This document shows, piece by piece, positions 49,901 through 57,901 of a stretch of 64,000 bases of DNA (its first letter is position 1; every line of letters starts with the position of its first letter). The notes beneath the pieces were generated by a model. The model was not told the origin of the DNA, searched no databases, and saw only the letters and a program-made list of their open reading frames with translations. Made by a program: the position numbers and the translations under genes. The stretch comes from Flavobacteriales bacterium. GTDB taxonomy: Bacteria; Bacteroidota; Bacteroidia; Flavobacteriales; BACL11. The stretch spans positions 5,291 through 69,290 of the forward strand of contig JABGVU010000099.1 of NCBI GenBank assembly GCA_018645865.1, read 5' to 3'.

Positions 49901-50869
49901 ATGAATATTATAGTGCTTGGAGGGGGAGCCTTTGGGACCGCAATAGCAAATGAGCTTTCAGTAAATACAGAAAACAATGTAGTGTTGTTTTCCAGAAGTC
50001 AGCAAAAAGTTGATGAAATTAATAATTGTAATACAAACAAATCCTGCTTTCCAAATAAACATTTAACTAAGCTTCTCTCTGCTACATCAGATAGAAATCA
50101 GCTAAAAAATACAGATGTTATTTTGATTGCATTACCATCACCTGTTATTATTGAAAATTTAAATGCTCTTAAATCGTATTTTAATGAAGAGGCTTTATTT
50201 GTGAATTTATCAAAAGGCTTGTTTTCTGAAGGTGTAACTGTGGTTGAGAGTATTGAGAAGAGGCTAGGAATCAAGAACATTGTAACTCTTAAAGGACCTT
50301 CATTCTCTGTTGAAGTAATGGAACATGCCGATACTTTATTAACTTTAGGTTACTCTACTAGTAAGCAATATGGAATTATTAATACCATAATTAAAAATAC
50401 TTCTCTCCATATTGATTGCACTACTGATATTAAAGGTGTTGAGGTGCTTAGCGTATTAAAAAATATTTACGCTTTGGTTTTGGGTGTTATTGACGCAAAA
50501 TACAATTCACCAAATACTCGTTTTATGATTTTAACTAAAGCTTTTTCTGAAGCTAGAATTTTATTAAAATATGTTGGAGGATCAGAAGATACTTTATTTT
50601 TAGCGTGTGGATTTGGAGATTTCTGCATGACTTCATTAAATGATTTAAGTAGAAATAGAACTTTAGGTTTATTGATTGGAAAAGGGTTTTTTAATTCTGA
50701 TTATAAATCTAATTCAGTGATATTAGAAGGGTTGAATGCTATAGAGATGTTTCATAATTTGATAGAAGAAGATATGTTAAAAGAATTACCGCTTTTAAAT
50801 AAATTGTATAATTTCTTTGCAAACCAACAAAGAGAATTGGAATTTAAGTTTGATGAGTTAGTTGATTAA
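49901..50869 (+). CDS. gpsA: NAD(P)H-dependent glycerol-3-phosphate dehydrogenase-like protein (divergent GpsA)
   Basis: GGGAFGTAIA corresponds to the family GAGSWGTALA motif. LKGPSF, GVEVLSVLKNIYA and SRNRTLG also correspond to GpsA blocks. Confidence 0.7.
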   Translation: MNIIVLGGGAFGTAIANELSVNTENNVVLFSRSQQKVDEINNCNTNKSCFPNKHLTKLLSATSDRNQLKNTDVILIALPSPVIIENLNALKSYFNEEALFVNLSKGLFSEGVTVVESIEKRLGIKNIVTLKGPSFSVEVMEHADTLLTLGYSTSKQYGIINTIIKNTSLHIDCTTDIKGVEVLSVLKNIYALVLGVIDAKYNSPNTRFMILTKAFSEARILLKYVGGSEDTLFLACGFGDFCMTSLNDLSRNRTLGLLIGKGFFNSDYKSNSVILEGLNAIEMFHNLIEEDMLKELPLLNKLYNFFANQQRELEFKFDELVD

Positions 50870-50870
50870 G

Positions 50871-50915
50871 ATGATACATGTAACTAAAACATATTTACCT
50901 GATAAAGAAAAATAA
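50871..50915 (+). pseudogene. 14-codon stub resembling the N-terminus of a DegT/WecE-type sugar aminotransferase
   Basis: MIHVTKTYLPDKEK* matches the Bacteroidota DegT-family N-terminal pattern M-I-x-V-T-x-x-x-L-P-x-x-E-E. It lies in a 68-nt gap directly upstream of the WecF-like gene. The match is short, so the call is tentative. Confidence 0.4.
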
Positions 50916-50937
50916 ATAATTTGCTGAAACTTTATAT

Positions 50938-52044
50938 ATGATTGTTCACTTATTTGAGGATCAAAAGTTTGTAGACATTACAATTGAGAATTTTGAGAAT
51001 ATTTCAAAAGGAAAAAACAGATATATTGTATTCTCAGATTCTAGTTTATTAAAGTATGTCAATAGAGCAGATCAAGTAAAGATACTCCCAAATTCATGGA
51101 AGGAAATAAATATTGATGCAATTCTTGAAGATTGTAAACTATTGATTATTCACTGTTTATCACCTTTAAAGTTATATATTTTAAAAAAAATCCCTAAGAA
51201 TATTACAGTTGTATGGTCTGTTTGGGGTGCGGATGCCTATCCTTATTTTGATAAGAAAAACCTTTATGAACCTTTGACGGATAAGGTTGAAAGAAGTAGT
51301 ATAAAACAACTTCTTAAATCTACTTTTATATATAATATTTATCATTTTCACAAGTACAGAGTATTCTCGGTTAACAAGGAAATAGGAACACTAAAAAAAA
51401 TTAATTATCTTATTACTGTTTTGCCATATGAGTACGAGTTGATTAAAAAAGAGTTTCAATTAAGAGCAAAATATCTTGATTATAATTATGGGATTAATAG
51501 GTTTAATGAACAATGCTTTTCTCAATTAGGTGATTCTGTATTATTAGGGAATTCATCTGATTATTCAAATAATCATTTAGATATATTTGAATTCATTAAA
51601 GATAGTGATAAGAAATTAATTGTACCCTTAAGTTATGCTGGCTATAGGAACTATAGAGACTTAGTGATAAAAGAAGGTGATAAAAGATTCAATACCTTGT
51701 TTAATCCTATTTTGGAATTTATTCCTTTAGAAAAATATAATCAGCTAATACTATCTTGTAATTCCGTGATTATGTATCATATAAGACAACAGGCTTTAGG
51801 TAATATTTTTATGTCTTTATTTCAGGGAATGAGAGTTTTTCTAAATAAGAAATCAATCACCTATAAATATATGCAAGATGTTGGTATGATTATTTTTGAT
51901 TTAGAAAGTGATGTTGATTTAGTTGGGGTGGAATTACAAGAGAAACAAAAAATTACAAATAGAGAATTAGTGATTAAATTAAGAGGTGAAAAAGTAATTA
52001 TTAATAAAACACAAGAAATTTATAAATTGTACAATGCCTTATAA
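50938..52044 (+). CDS. GT56-family glycosyltransferase (WecF/RffT-like 4-alpha-L-fucosyltransferase family)
   Basis: Three blocks align by eye to E. coli WecF. VWSVWGADAY matches WHIWGADLY, LLGNSSDYSNNHLDIF matches LVGNSGDRSNEHIAAL, and IRQQALGNIFMSLFQGMRVFLNKKS matches [25 protein letters not shown]. Confidence 0.8.
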   Translation: MIVHLFEDQKFVDITIENFENISKGKNRYIVFSDSSLLKYVNRADQVKILPNSWKEINIDAILEDCKLLIIHCLSPLKLYILKKIPKNITVVWSVWGADAYPYFDKKNLYEPLTDKVERSSIKQLLKSTFIYNIYHFHKYRVFSVNKEIGTLKKINYLITVLPYEYELIKKEFQLRAKYLDYNYGINRFNEQCFSQLGDSVLLGNSSDYSNNHLDIFEFIKDSDKKLIVPLSYAGYRNYRDLVIKEGDKRFNTLFNPILEFIPLEKYNQLILSCNSVIMYHIRQQALGNIFMSLFQGMRVFLNKKSITYKYMQDVGMIIFDLESDVDLVGVELQEKQKITNRELVIKLRGEKVIINKTQEIYKLYNAL

Positions 52045-52050
52045 ATCACA

Positions 52051-53319
52051 ATGAATATTAATAAACAAGTTATTATAGGAGTAAAGTGGACAACACTTGG
52101 AACTTTATCTGTTACTCTCTCGAATGTTTTGAAAGTAAGTATTTTGGCTAGATTTTTATCAAAGGATGATTTTGGTGTATTTGCGATTGTTGTTTTTTTC
52201 TTAGGATTTTTCAAAATGTTGAGTGAAATGGGACTTACCACTGCTATTCTTCACAAACAGGATATTAAAAAAAATGAATATGCTAGTTTGTATTGGTTTA
52301 ATATAATACTTTGTATTTGTTTATACTTATTACTATTTTTAATTACCCCAATTATTTCAGGATTTTATAATGAACCTGAATTAGATTTTTTGATTAAAGT
52401 ACTTGGTTTGAGTATAATAATTAATTCAATTGGCTTACAATTCAGAACTATAGAAACAAAGAACCTATCTTTTAAATATATAAACATCTTTGATATAATT
52501 GCGTCAGTAATTTCTTTGTCATTTGCTATCTGGTTAGCTGTTAATGGTTACGGTATTTTGGCACTTGTTTATTCGGTAGTTCTGGAGTATGCTATTTCAA
52601 ATTTCTTACTTTTTTTCTTAGGATTAAGAAATCATGGAGTAAGGGTTTATTTTAGATTTAAAGATTTAAAACCATTTTTAAGAATTGGTTTGTTTCAAGT
52701 AGGAGGTCAATCAGCTAATTTTTTTAATAGAAATCTTGATATTCTTATAATTGGGAAATTCTTTTCACAAGAGGTTTTAGGGGGATATAGTTTGGCTAAA
52801 CAATTAGTGTTTAGGCCTACACAAGTAATTAACCCTATCTTAGCAAAGGTTGCGGCACCTACACTTGCTAAGTTTCAGAATAATCTAGAACTATTAAAAG
52901 AAAATTATTTAAAACTTGTAAATGTTGTTTCTTCAGTAAATTTTGTCTCTTATTTTATATTAATAGTTTTTGCTCCTATTATAGTTGAGATATTCTATGG
53001 AGGAGGATATAGTAGTATTGTTTTATTAGTTAGGATTCTTTGTGTTTATATGGTATTTAGGGCTATATTAAATCCGATTGGAAGCTTGGTGGTTGCGACA
53101 GGAAGAACAGATATTCAGTTTATATGGAATATTGTATTGTTAATTTTAATGCCAATTGTTGTTTATGCTGGTTCTATGTTTGGTATTGTAGAGGTTACTA
53201 TTGCATTAACTGTAACAATGATTCTATTATTTCTACCAAGTTGGTATTTCTTAGTTCGAAAGATGTCTGGAGCAACACTAAAAGAATATGTTATCTCAAT
53301 AATAAGATTATATAATTAA
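52051..53319 (+). CDS. wzx: Wzx-type (MOP superfamily) polysaccharide flippase, cassette B
   Basis: It is a 12-TM-type protein of 422 aa. The N-terminus (GVKWTTLGTLSVTLSNVLKVSILARFLSKDDFG) is typical of LPS/EPS flippases. Confidence 0.8.
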   Translation: MNINKQVIIGVKWTTLGTLSVTLSNVLKVSILARFLSKDDFGVFAIVVFFLGFFKMLSEMGLTTAILHKQDIKKNEYASLYWFNIILCICLYLLLFLITPIISGFYNEPELDFLIKVLGLSIIINSIGLQFRTIETKNLSFKYINIFDIIASVISLSFAIWLAVNGYGILALVYSVVLEYAISNFLLFFLGLRNHGVRVYFRFKDLKPFLRIGLFQVGGQSANFFNRNLDILIIGKFFSQEVLGGYSLAKQLVFRPTQVINPILAKVAAPTLAKFQNNLELLKENYLKLVNVVSSVNFVSYFILIVFAPIIVEIFYGGGYSSIVLLVRILCVYMVFRAILNPIGSLVVATGRTDIQFIWNIVLLILMPIVVYAGSMFGIVEVTIALTVTMILLFLPSWYFLVRKMSGATLKEYVISIIRLYN

Positions 53320-53329
53320 TATAAGGATT

Positions 53330-54499
53330 ATGAATTTATCTTCAGTAAATAAAAATTTACTTTCAAATATTACTATTGAAAAAGGATTTGTATTTACATT
53401 CTTAGTAATTGTGTTCTCTGTTGATTTTCATTTTTTATGGTTGTTGTATGATTTCTTAGCTTTGTTTGCTTTATGCTTCTTTTCAAAACATGTAAATGCT
53501 GTGCTAGGCTCTACATTACTTTTGGTGTTATCTTTTTTTATTATAGCAACTGTCATTTCTGGTTTCCATATAATTAGCATTTTATCAATTTGGGATAATA
53601 TTAAGCATGTCTTTGTTTTATTTATGTTATTGCTTCTTGTTGAAAGACACATTGAAGGCCGGATATTGAAATTTGCAAATAGTTTTGGTTTTATAATCGG
53701 CAGTATTTTTATTATACAATCAATATTAGTATTTTATCAATCGTTTAATGGTTATTTTAAAGATGATATTTCAGGAACTTTTGGAATAGCTAGCGGGCAT
53801 ACTTTTGCATATTACTGTTTGTTATATCTTTCTTACTTGTTTTATGTTAAGAGATCATATATCTTAACTTTTTGTGTCTTTGTGCTATCATTAGTAATGA
53901 ATTATTTTGCAGAGAATATGGGTTATTATCCTTTAGTGATACTATTATTAAGCTATAATTGGTGGACACTTAAAGGACTGAAATTTATGATATTTTATGG
54001 CATAGCATTATTATTAGGAATTATGATTCTAGATAATATTTTAGGAGGCGTGTTGATTCAGCCAGTTTTATATAGATTCTCAGAATTCTTTTTAGTAGGG
54101 AGTATAGATCTAGATAATCTTAATCAAAGTAGAGGATATATGACAGCATTGGCATTATACCTGGGTGGTTGGTGGGGTGCTGGTCCAGGTTGTTATTCTG
54201 AGATTTATTCAATCATAGGATGGAAATCTCTTGCTGGAATTCAACTAAATATCTCGTCGGTTACAAATCTATTAGCAGAGTATGGGATTGTAGGTGTTTT
54301 GTTATGGTTGTTCTTATATTTCTCTTTTATAAAACGATTCTTCAAGAACAGGAAAGATTTTATTTTTATCAGTATGTTATTTACTTTTAGTTTATTATAT
54401 AATAAAGTTTTGAATGATGAAAGAGTTATCTTTTTGTTAATATTTCTATTTATGTTTGTTAAAATTCATATTGACAGAAAAGCATTAAAAAATGATTAA
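53330..54499 (+). CDS. Wzy-like polymerase / O-antigen-ligase-family membrane protein, cassette B
   Basis: It is a polytopic protein with a large loop followed by an LLAEYGIVGVLLW block. The call rests mostly on context. Confidence 0.5.
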   Translation: MNLSSVNKNLLSNITIEKGFVFTFLVIVFSVDFHFLWLLYDFLALFALCFFSKHVNAVLGSTLLLVLSFFIIATVISGFHIISILSIWDNIKHVFVLFMLLLLVERHIEGRILKFANSFGFIIGSIFIIQSILVFYQSFNGYFKDDISGTFGIASGHTFAYYCLLYLSYLFYVKRSYILTFCVFVLSLVMNYFAENMGYYPLVILLLSYNWWTLKGLKFMIFYGIALLLGIMILDNILGGVLIQPVLYRFSEFFLVGSIDLDNLNQSRGYMTALALYLGGWWGAGPGCYSEIYSIIGWKSLAGIQLNISSVTNLLAEYGIVGVLLWLFLYFSFIKRFFKNRKDFIFISMLFTFSLLYNKVLNDERVIFLLIFLFMFVKIHIDRKALKND

Positions 54500-55397
54500 T
54501 TATTCTATTATCGTACCTCACAAGGATTCGGTGAAGTATCTTTTAAGATTATTGGATAGTATCCCAAATAATGATGATATTCAAGTTATTATTATAGATG
54601 ACAATAGTGATGTTGCGGTTGTTAAACAACTTCAAGATATTGAATTAAATATTAATATTGAGATTGTTTTTTGTGATGTATCTAAAGGTGCCGGTGGAGC
54701 TAGAAATATTGGGATACAGAAAGCAAAAGGAAAGTGGGTTATTTTTGCTGATTCTGATGATTACTTTACAATACACCTTGAAAATTTATTAATTGAGAAT
54801 GTAGATTCAGGTGCGGATATTATATATTTTAATACTGATAGTCGAGACGAAAACGGAAAACAAACATATAGACATTTACGGTATTCAAAGTTAGTTTGTG
54901 ATTTTCTAAATGATAATAAAAAAGAAAATGCTCTAAGGTACTATTTTACGTCTCCTTGGGCAAAAATTATAAAAAGAGATTTAATTCTCAAGAACAATAT
55001 TAAATTTGATGAAATAGTTGCTTCAAATGATGTAATTTTTTCATTGAAAACAGCTTACTTTGCTAAAAAGATTAAGGCGTATAAAGATATTTTATATGTA
55101 ATTTCATTAACAAAAGGAAGTGTCACTCAAATTATTAGTAAAGCGCATTTTGACTCAAAATTTAATACAGCTTTGAATGCAAATAAATTCTTATGCTCTA
55201 TTGGTATGAGAAGATATCAGCAATCAATTTTGTATTTCTTAGGAAGATCATATAAGTTTGGATTTCAATATATCATTTATGTTCTTTTAATGCTAATTAA
55301 AAATAGATCAAATATTCTTATTGGAATGAGCAAATTAATGAATTTAAATAAAGCTCTTAGAGAAAGAGAAAATACAGATTATATTACTAAAAGATAA
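54492..55397 (+). CDS. Family 2 glycosyltransferase, cassette B
   Basis: It contains YSIIVPHKDS, VIIIDDNSD, GAGGARNIG and the DxD motif FADSDDYF. Confidence 0.85.
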   Translation: MINYSIIVPHKDSVKYLLRLLDSIPNNDDIQVIIIDDNSDVAVVKQLQDIELNINIEIVFCDVSKGAGGARNIGIQKAKGKWVIFADSDDYFTIHLENLLIENVDSGADIIYFNTDSRDENGKQTYRHLRYSKLVCDFLNDNKKENALRYYFTSPWAKIIKRDLILKNNIKFDEIVASNDVIFSLKTAYFAKKIKAYKDILYVISLTKGSVTQIISKAHFDSKFNTALNANKFLCSIGMRRYQQSILYFLGRSYKFGFQYIIYVLLMLIKNRSNILIGMSKLMNLNKALRERENTDYITKR

Positions 55398-55398
55398 A

Positions 55399-55842
55399 AT
55401 GAAAAAGATCTTAGCAATTTCATCTTCAGGTGGTCATTGGACTCAAATGCAAAGAATTACATCATCTTTTTCTGGCAATGAAGTTGTATATGTTTCTACT
55501 TTAAAAGGATATGTTAAAGAAGTATCTACTTGCAAATATTATCAAGTGAAAGATGCTTCAGCTTGGAATAAATTAAATTTGATTGTTCTTTTTTTTCAAT
55601 TAATCAAAATTATTATGAATGAAAGGCCTGATATAGTGATTTCAACTGGAGCTGCACCTGGTTTATTTGCAATAATAATATCACGATTTGTAGGCGCAAA
55701 AACTATTTGGTTGGATAGTATTGCAAACTATGAACAAATATCATTGAGCGGTAAGTTAGCAAAATATTTTACACATTTACATTTAACGCAATGGGAACAT
55801 TTAACAAATCAGAAGACACAATTTTCAGGAAAAGTTTTGTAA
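55399..55842 (+). CDS. Alg14-like membrane-anchoring subunit of a split glycosyltransferase (PssD/Cps14F-like)
   Basis: It has the N-terminus MKKILAISSSGGHWTQM and the block PDIVISTGAAPG, and is 147 aa. Confidence 0.8.
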   Translation: MKKILAISSSGGHWTQMQRITSSFSGNEVVYVSTLKGYVKEVSTCKYYQVKDASAWNKLNLIVLFFQLIKIIMNERPDIVISTGAAPGLFAIIISRFVGAKTIWLDSIANYEQISLSGKLAKYFTHLHLTQWEHLTNQKTQFSGKVL

Positions 55843-56315
55843 TATTTGTTGTTACAGGAACGCAGGCTCCTTTTGATAGGATGCTCTCAATTATTGATAA
55901 ATGGGCTGTCAATCAGGATACATATTCCATTATAGCTCAAACAGCTAATTCAGAAATAAATTTTAAGAATATGACTTGTTTTGATTATTTAGAGCCAGAT
56001 GTTTTTAATGAATACTTTAATAATGCAGATGTTATTATAGGTCATGCTGGTATGGGAACTATAATTAAAGCTTTAGAAAATAAAAAAAAGTTAGTAGTTT
56101 TCCCAAGGCTAGTAAAATATAATGAACATAGGAATGATCATCAGCATCATACTGCAATTGGGTTTGAGAAGCTGGGGTTAATAAATGTAGCTTATAATGA
56201 AAAAGATTTGTTTAGGTATTTAAATAACATAATTGAGATACCTGTTAAGCGTAAAATTAATCAAAATGCGGAAAAACAATTATTGAAAAAAATATCTAAC
56301 TTTATAAATAAATAA
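55791..56315 (+). CDS. Alg13-like catalytic subunit of a split glycosyltransferase (PssE/Cps14G-like, Glyco_tran_28_C)
   Basis: It contains IFVVTGTQAPFDRM and IIGHAGMGTI. The only canonical start is the ATG at 55791, which gives a 52-nt out-of-frame overlap with the Alg14-like gene. Confidence 0.8.
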   Translation: MGTFNKSEDTIFRKSFVIFVVTGTQAPFDRMLSIIDKWAVNQDTYSIIAQTANSEINFKNMTCFDYLEPDVFNEYFNNADVIIGHAGMGTIIKALENKKKLVVFPRLVKYNEHRNDHQHHTAIGFEKLGLINVAYNEKDLFRYLNNIIEIPVKRKINQNAEKQLLKKISNFINK

Positions 56316-56334
56316 TTTCTTAGGCTTACCTTAA

Positions 56335-56475
56335 ATTTTAGACATTAGAACTGGAGGAGATATTTCAAAACCCGATGGGATTATTCGGAAATTAACTAAT
56401 GTAAGCATGCTTCATAGCTTAGTATGGAAACATACAGTAGCTCTTAATAAAGGTGTTAAAAAAATTTACATTTGA
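56335..56475 (+). pseudogene. fcl: C-terminal relic of GDP-L-fucose synthase (Fcl/WcaG)
   Basis: The hand translation is ILDIRTGGDISKPDGIIRKLTNVSMLHSLVWKHTVALNKGVKKIYI*. It aligns by eye to the Fcl C-terminus (D-x-SKPDG-x-PRKL-x-DVS-x-L-x-x-LGW...). An in-frame TAA lies at 56332 and there is no start codon, so only the last 40-45 codons remain. Confidence 0.6.
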
Positions 56476-56501
56476 CACTTATTATAGCTTGAGTTAATTC
56501 T

Positions 56502-56509
56502 TACCTTTG
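56502..56509 (+). promoter_or_regulatory. Candidate Bacteroidota -7 promoter box (TAnnTTTG) upstream of the WbaP-like gene
   Basis: TACCTTTG matches TAnnTTTG exactly and ends 6 nt before the ATG at 56516. I found no well-spaced -33 TTG element, and a start here would imply a near-leaderless mRNA. Confidence 0.25.
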
Positions 56510-56515
56510 TATTGC

Positions 56516-57901
56516 ATGAGAGGATATTCACAGTATTTCTGGTTAATTCACTTTATTGGTGATTTATTTATTGTCAATTTTTCATTTTTACTTGCCTTTT
56601 ATTTAAAGTTTGATACTTTAATGTTCTCTGATAAATACAAATTTTTGTTTATCATTTTTAATGGAATTTGGGTATTGGTTGCTTTGTTTCTTGAGTTGTA
56701 TAAGCTGAAGCGATTAAGAAGGTTAGATAGGGTTTTATTTAATTTATTTAAAGCTTTTGTTTTTAATGCTTTTGTCATTAGTGCTATTTTGTTCTCACTT
56801 AAAGCGTCTGAGTTTTCAAGAGAGCATTTATATACAACTTATGTCTTGCTTTTTGCTCTAATAATGTTGTGGCGTTATTCGGCAATTAAATTAATTTATC
56901 TTTATAGAAAATCTGGATTTAATTACAAAAGAGTAATCATTATTGGTGGTAATGAGGTTGCCAATCAATTATATACTTATTTTATGTCAGATGATGTCTT
57001 AGGAATTAAAGTGAAGGGTGTTTTTTCTGATAGTGATATTTATTTTGATGTTAAAGATAGTATTCGTAGAGGTGGATTGGATGATTTAGAATCATTTGCT
57101 TTGGATAATACCATTGATGAAATCTATTACTCCATGCCATTAACTTATACTCAAAGGATTAGAGGTTTAGTTGATTTTTGTGATCAAAATATGATTCGCT
57201 TTAAAATAGTTCCTGATTTTAGGGGCTTTATTTTTAAGCGTGTAAATATTGATTTTTATGATGATGTGCCTATAGTCACATTACGCGCTGAACCGCTTAC
57301 GGATATTACAAATCGGTTTTTAAAACGAGTATTTGATATCATGTTTTCATCTTTAGTTATTGTATTTGTGTTGACTTGGTTATATCCTATTATGGCTATT
57401 TTAATTAAGTTGTCATCAAAAGGGCCGGTGTTATTTAAACAGGCGCGCTCTGGAGTAGGTAATATGGAATTTATGTGTTATAAGTTTCGTTCTATGACTC
57501 AAAGTGTTGAAGCAGATACCAAACAAGCATGCAAAGGAGATACTCGTATTACCAAAATAGGTGCTTTTCTTAGGAAATCATCTTTAGATGAATTCCCTCA
57601 ATTTATTAATGTGTTTATGGGCGATATGTCTATAGTGGGTCCAAGACCTCACATGTTGTTGCATACTGAGGAATATTCTGCTTTGATTAATAAGTATATG
57701 GTTCGTCAGTTAGTTAAGCCTGGTATTACAGGGGCTGCTCAGATAAAAGGCTATAGAGGAGAGACTAAGGAATTAAAAGATATGGAGGGACGTGTTCGTT
57801 TGGATGTTTGGTATATTGAAAATTGGTCTTTATCGGTTGATATCAATATTATTTTTTATACAATTTGGAACATATTCAAGGGGGATGAAAAAGCTTTATA
57901 A
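56516..57901 (+). CDS. Polytopic undecaprenyl-phosphate hexose-1-phosphate transferase (WbaP/WcaJ-like initiating PGT)
   Basis: It has 4-5 N-terminal TM helices and a central Rossmann-like domain (RVIIIGGNEVA). The C-terminal Bac_transf domain carries KFRSM, DEFPQFINVFMGDMSIVGPRP and KPGITG. Confidence 0.9.
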   Translation: MRGYSQYFWLIHFIGDLFIVNFSFLLAFYLKFDTLMFSDKYKFLFIIFNGIWVLVALFLELYKLKRLRRLDRVLFNLFKAFVFNAFVISAILFSLKASEFSREHLYTTYVLLFALIMLWRYSAIKLIYLYRKSGFNYKRVIIIGGNEVANQLYTYFMSDDVLGIKVKGVFSDSDIYFDVKDSIRRGGLDDLESFALDNTIDEIYYSMPLTYTQRIRGLVDFCDQNMIRFKIVPDFRGFIFKRVNIDFYDDVPIVTLRAEPLTDITNRFLKRVFDIMFSSLVIVFVLTWLYPIMAILIKLSSKGPVLFKQARSGVGNMEFMCYKFRSMTQSVEADTKQACKGDTRITKIGAFLRKSSLDEFPQFINVFMGDMSIVGPRPHMLLHTEEYSALINKYMVRQLVKPGITGAAQIKGYRGETKELKDMEGRVRLDVWYIENWSLSVDINIIFYTIWNIFKGDEKAL

